A stretch of 64,000 bases of DNA from an uncultured cyanobacterium. GTDB taxonomy: Bacteria; Cyanobacteriota; Cyanobacteriia; Cyanobacteriales; Nostocaceae. The notes beneath the pieces were generated by a model. It had not been told where the DNA came from, did no database searches, and was given only the letters and a program-made list of their open reading frames with translations. The stretch lies in assembly GCA_963706595.1 (NCBI GenBank), contig OY970166.1, positions 4,096,001-4,160,000 of the forward strand, written 5' to 3'. Positions 60,766-64,000 of this stretch are shown here, piece after piece (within the stretch, counting starts at the first letter, position 1; each line of letters opens with the position of its first letter). Position numbers and translations under genes: made by a program.

Positions 60766-60861
60766 ATGACGGCTCATGAACTTTTTTTATTGATAACATT
60801 ACTTAGCCCCGGCATCTTGCTATCGGTGATCATTATGCTGACATTTGCCGCAGGTGGCTGA
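60766..60861 (+). CDS. Candidate 31-aa single-TM small protein; missing from the ORF track
   Basis: MTAHELFLLITLLSPGILLSVIIMLTFAAGG; AGGA RBS at 60751. Confidence 0.55.
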   Translation: MTAHELFLLITLLSPGILLSVIIMLTFAAGG

Positions 60862-60976
60862 TTTTTAGTCAGTCATCAGTCATCAGTGAACAGTTATCAC
60901 TGGACAAAGATAATTGTTCACTAAGCGTACAATCAAACATACGACTAGCTACACCTGTACTAAAGGAACGTAAAAA

Positions 60977-61855
60977 ATGAAGGTGGCATTTCTGGGAACT
61001 GGACTCATGGGATTACCGATGGCGCAACGGTTGTTAGCAGCCAACATCGAGCTAGTAGCCTACAATCGCACCCCAGAAAAATTAGCCCCACTACAGGCTG
61101 CTGGGGCGGAAATTGCCACACATCCCCGTCAAGCAATTCGTGCGGCTGATTCCATTATTCTCATGCTAACTAACGCCGCCGCAATTTATCATGTTTTGCT
61201 TTCCGATACTTCTTGGCGAACTTTAGAAGGGCGGACTGTAATTCAGATGGGAACTATTACTCCTACAGACAGCCAAGAAATTAGAGATGCCGTAATTGGT
61301 GGTGGTGGCGAGTATATAGAAGCTCCAGTATTAGGTAGTATTCCCGAAGCAAAAACTGGCAAGTTGATTGTCATGGTAGGCGCTGAACCAAAACAATATC
61401 AACGCCATTTAAAGTTATTGCAAAATTTCGGTTCAGAACCAGTACTTGTCGGTCCAGTCGGTGCTGCGGCTGGGGTGAAGTTGGCACTAAACCAACTAAT
61501 TGCTTCCCTAACCACTAGCTTTGCTCTCAGTCTAGCTTTTGTTGAGCGTCAAGGTATCGACATCGATTTGTTTATGCAAATCCTGCGCGAAAGTTCACTT
61601 TATGCGCCTACCTTTGACAAAAAATTGCGGCGGATGTTGGATGGTAACTATACCAATCCTAATTTCCCCACAAAACACTTGCTCAAAGATACAGATTTGT
61701 TTATATCAGAAGCCAAATCACTAGGTTTGGATCTCGTCAGTATTGAAGCTGTGCGCCAACTTGTCCACACAGCCGTAAAAATGTCGTTTGCTAATGATGA
61801 CTACTCATCCATATTTTCTGCCATTAGTCAATGGGGAGAAGCAAGTGGAGAATAG
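60977..61855 (+). CDS. NAD(P)-dependent beta-hydroxyacid dehydrogenase family protein
   Basis: FLGTGLMG, YNRT, EAPVLGS and KLALN. Confidence 0.92.
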   Translation: MKVAFLGTGLMGLPMAQRLLAANIELVAYNRTPEKLAPLQAAGAEIATHPRQAIRAADSIILMLTNAAAIYHVLLSDTSWRTLEGRTVIQMGTITPTDSQEIRDAVIGGGGEYIEAPVLGSIPEAKTGKLIVMVGAEPKQYQRHLKLLQNFGSEPVLVGPVGAAAGVKLALNQLIASLTTSFALSLAFVERQGIDIDLFMQILRESSLYAPTFDKKLRRMLDGNYTNPNFPTKHLLKDTDLFISEAKSLGLDLVSIEAVRQLVHTAVKMSFANDDYSSIFSAISQWGEASGE

Positions 61856-62004
61856 AAGAGGCAGGGGAGCAGGGAGCAGGGAGCAGGGGAGCAGGGAGCA
61901 GGGGGAAAGTTTTTTCCCAATACCTAGTCCCCAGTCACTAATACAGCCTACAGAATAAAGTTTTTGACTTTTGATTTTTGACTTTTGACTTCCGCCTTGC
62001 GGCC

Positions 62005-64000
62005 CTACACTACAGTCACACCGAGCGCTCCTCCTAATGCGGAAAATACAGCAGAGACAAAAGCTGTAGCAAACAACCACCAAGAAGCTGTGGCTGCGGC
62101 TTTGCGGGTTTCTTCCGCTTGCCTTTGGGCTTGATGCTTGACCTCTTCTAGGCGGCGTTGCGTTTCCTGTTGTAGGCGTTCGGCACGTTGCAATACTTTG
62201 TTGCGTGCGCTTTCAATTTGGTCAATAACTCGGTTGGCATCTGCTTCAGAAATGTCCTCACGGGAACTGATAATCGCCACTAGGGTGTCGCGGTCGAAAG
62301 AAGAGAGGCGATCGCGTAACGCTTCAAATCCCGCCTGTGGATCGTCAAAGAACGTGCGAACATCCCGCTTGATGCCATCATAGTTGAGTTCGGGGCGATC
62401 TAAGGAGTTGAGATAGTTACGAATCCGGGCAAAAATCCCTTCTACCACATCTTGAATCCGCCGTTGCATCCCCCGGATTTGTTCCACAAATTGATCACGT
62501 ACCGAGACGATATTATCAGCAATTCTGGCGGCTTCTTCATCGGTCATATCTTCGCGAATTTTCAGCAAAGCAATCACTGTGTCACGGTCGAAATGTGCCA
62601 GGCGATCGCTCAAACTTTCCATTCCCACTCGCGGATCATGCAATAATAATTGTAAGTCCCGTTTAATCGCTTCTGGGTTAAGTTCTTCTTTCCCAGTTTG
62701 TCGCAAATACTCCGACAAATAAGCTTGGAATGTTTCCATCTCTTTGCTGTGTGCGAGTAGCTAAACGACGAGGCGCGCGGACAATATTCCGAATCGAAGT
62801 TTGCACAGAATCAATAACTTCATTGACTTGTTCTTCACTCAAATCTCGCCGTTGACTCAATAACTTCACTAAAGTATCTCTGTCTACCTGAGACAAGCGA
62901 CGGCGCAGCGCTACGGCTCCCTCTCGCGGTTGTTCAAATAATCTGGTAATATCCCGTTGAATGCCTTCAGGATTCAACTCTTGTTTGCCAGTATTTCGTA
63001 AATAATCGGCAATGGTCGCGGTTACAGAGTCGTACTGTTCCCTAGCTTTATGTGCCAAAGCTTGCGGTGTATGGCGGATATTATGCCAAGCATCTTCCAC
63101 CGCATCAATAATTTGATTAACTTGCTGTTCGCTCAAATCTTGACGTTGACTCAATAACTGAATCAAAGTATCGCGGTCAAAACGAGCTAATCGGGCGCGC
63201 ATAGCCGTCATTCCCGATTGGGGGTCTTCGATCAGCTTCTGAATATCAGCACGAATCGCATCAGGATTTAACTCGGCTTTACCAGTATTTCGCAGATATG
63301 ATTCTACATTCAACCATAAAGTTTCTGCTTGATATTTAGCTTGTTCTGCCAATCCTTGAGATTCTACCAACACGCGATCGCGTTGGTCTTCTAAGTCATT
63401 GAGAATTGGGTCTACTTCGTATGGTTGAAGATCATTGCGTTCTAGCAAGATTTCCTGCATTCCCTGGCGGTCAAATTGCGACAATCGCAGCGACAGAGTT
63501 TCGTAATCTGCTTCGGAATCTGCTAATAATGGTTTAAAGTTTTGCTCAATTCCTTCTGTAGTCAAATCTGCCTTATCAGTCACCAGGAGATAACTTTCTA
63601 CTCGCCTTTGCAAATCCTGTGCTATTTCTCTTTGTTCCGCAGCGCTGACTATGATTAATACCTCTTGGCGCACAGTTTCTAGCTGGTCGCTAATACCCTG
63701 GATTTGTTCTTGAGTTAATAGTCCCCGTTGTTGCAGGATATTAGCAAAATATTGGCGATCAAGTCGCTCTAATTCCCTTTTAACTATACCAGGGTCGGCG
63801 GCTGGGTCATAGATGACATCACGAAATTCTGCCGCGATTCTTCCTGGACTCAATTGCCAAGAGTATGTATTGAGTAGATAGTTTTCCACATCAGCCCGAA
63901 TCGGGCTATAGGGTTCTGATGGTGTCGGTAAACCTAGTTTATCAGCTTGTTCCATGGCTTGATCTTTTGCCGTAGTGAGCGATCGCCAGATTTTCTCCAC
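62005..64000 (-). CDS. Large helical-repeat protein with C-terminal TM helix; 5' end outside the window; apparent +1 frameshift near 62738-62741
   Basis: Repeats YLR.TGK.ELNP..I..D....DP..G...L..RL..FDRDTL...L.QR continue across the two ORFs. Confidence 0.85.

Overview
Chromosomal window from a filamentous, probably heterocyst-forming (Nostocales-type) cyanobacterium, inferred from abundant HIP1 octamers (GCGATCGC), heptamer STRR arrays and the gene set. Most of it is housekeeping or conserved: amt (partial), ispH, psb34, thiO/thiG, cimA, cruA-type lycopene cyclase, a TPP riboswitch with thiC, pyrE, a CAT-anticodon tRNA, queC, a chromosomal ParM/ParR (CorMR-type) pair, a GH57 protein, a permease operon, a PP2C and FHA-kinase pair, sppA and fni. 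The most unusual part is an AT-rich, HIP1-poor islet at about 15.7-22.8 kb between thiC and pyrE. It holds a three-gene operon: an LRV-repeat protein with a bacteriocin-like Gly/Cys tail, a small membrane protein, and a single-chain ABC ATPase-permease fusion. Converging on it is a DnaJ-C-like repeat protein with a duplicated glycine-zipper module, followed by a DUF433/DUF5615 toxin-antitoxin pair and an orphan DNA methyltransferase. Intergenic DNA is full of MITEs, REP-like palindromes and composite repeats, and some of these have altered genes (the thiO/thiG junction, the cimA C-terminus). Several conserved genes carry single-base frameshifts that may be sequencing errors. All family assignments are from motif recognition by eye; no searches were run.
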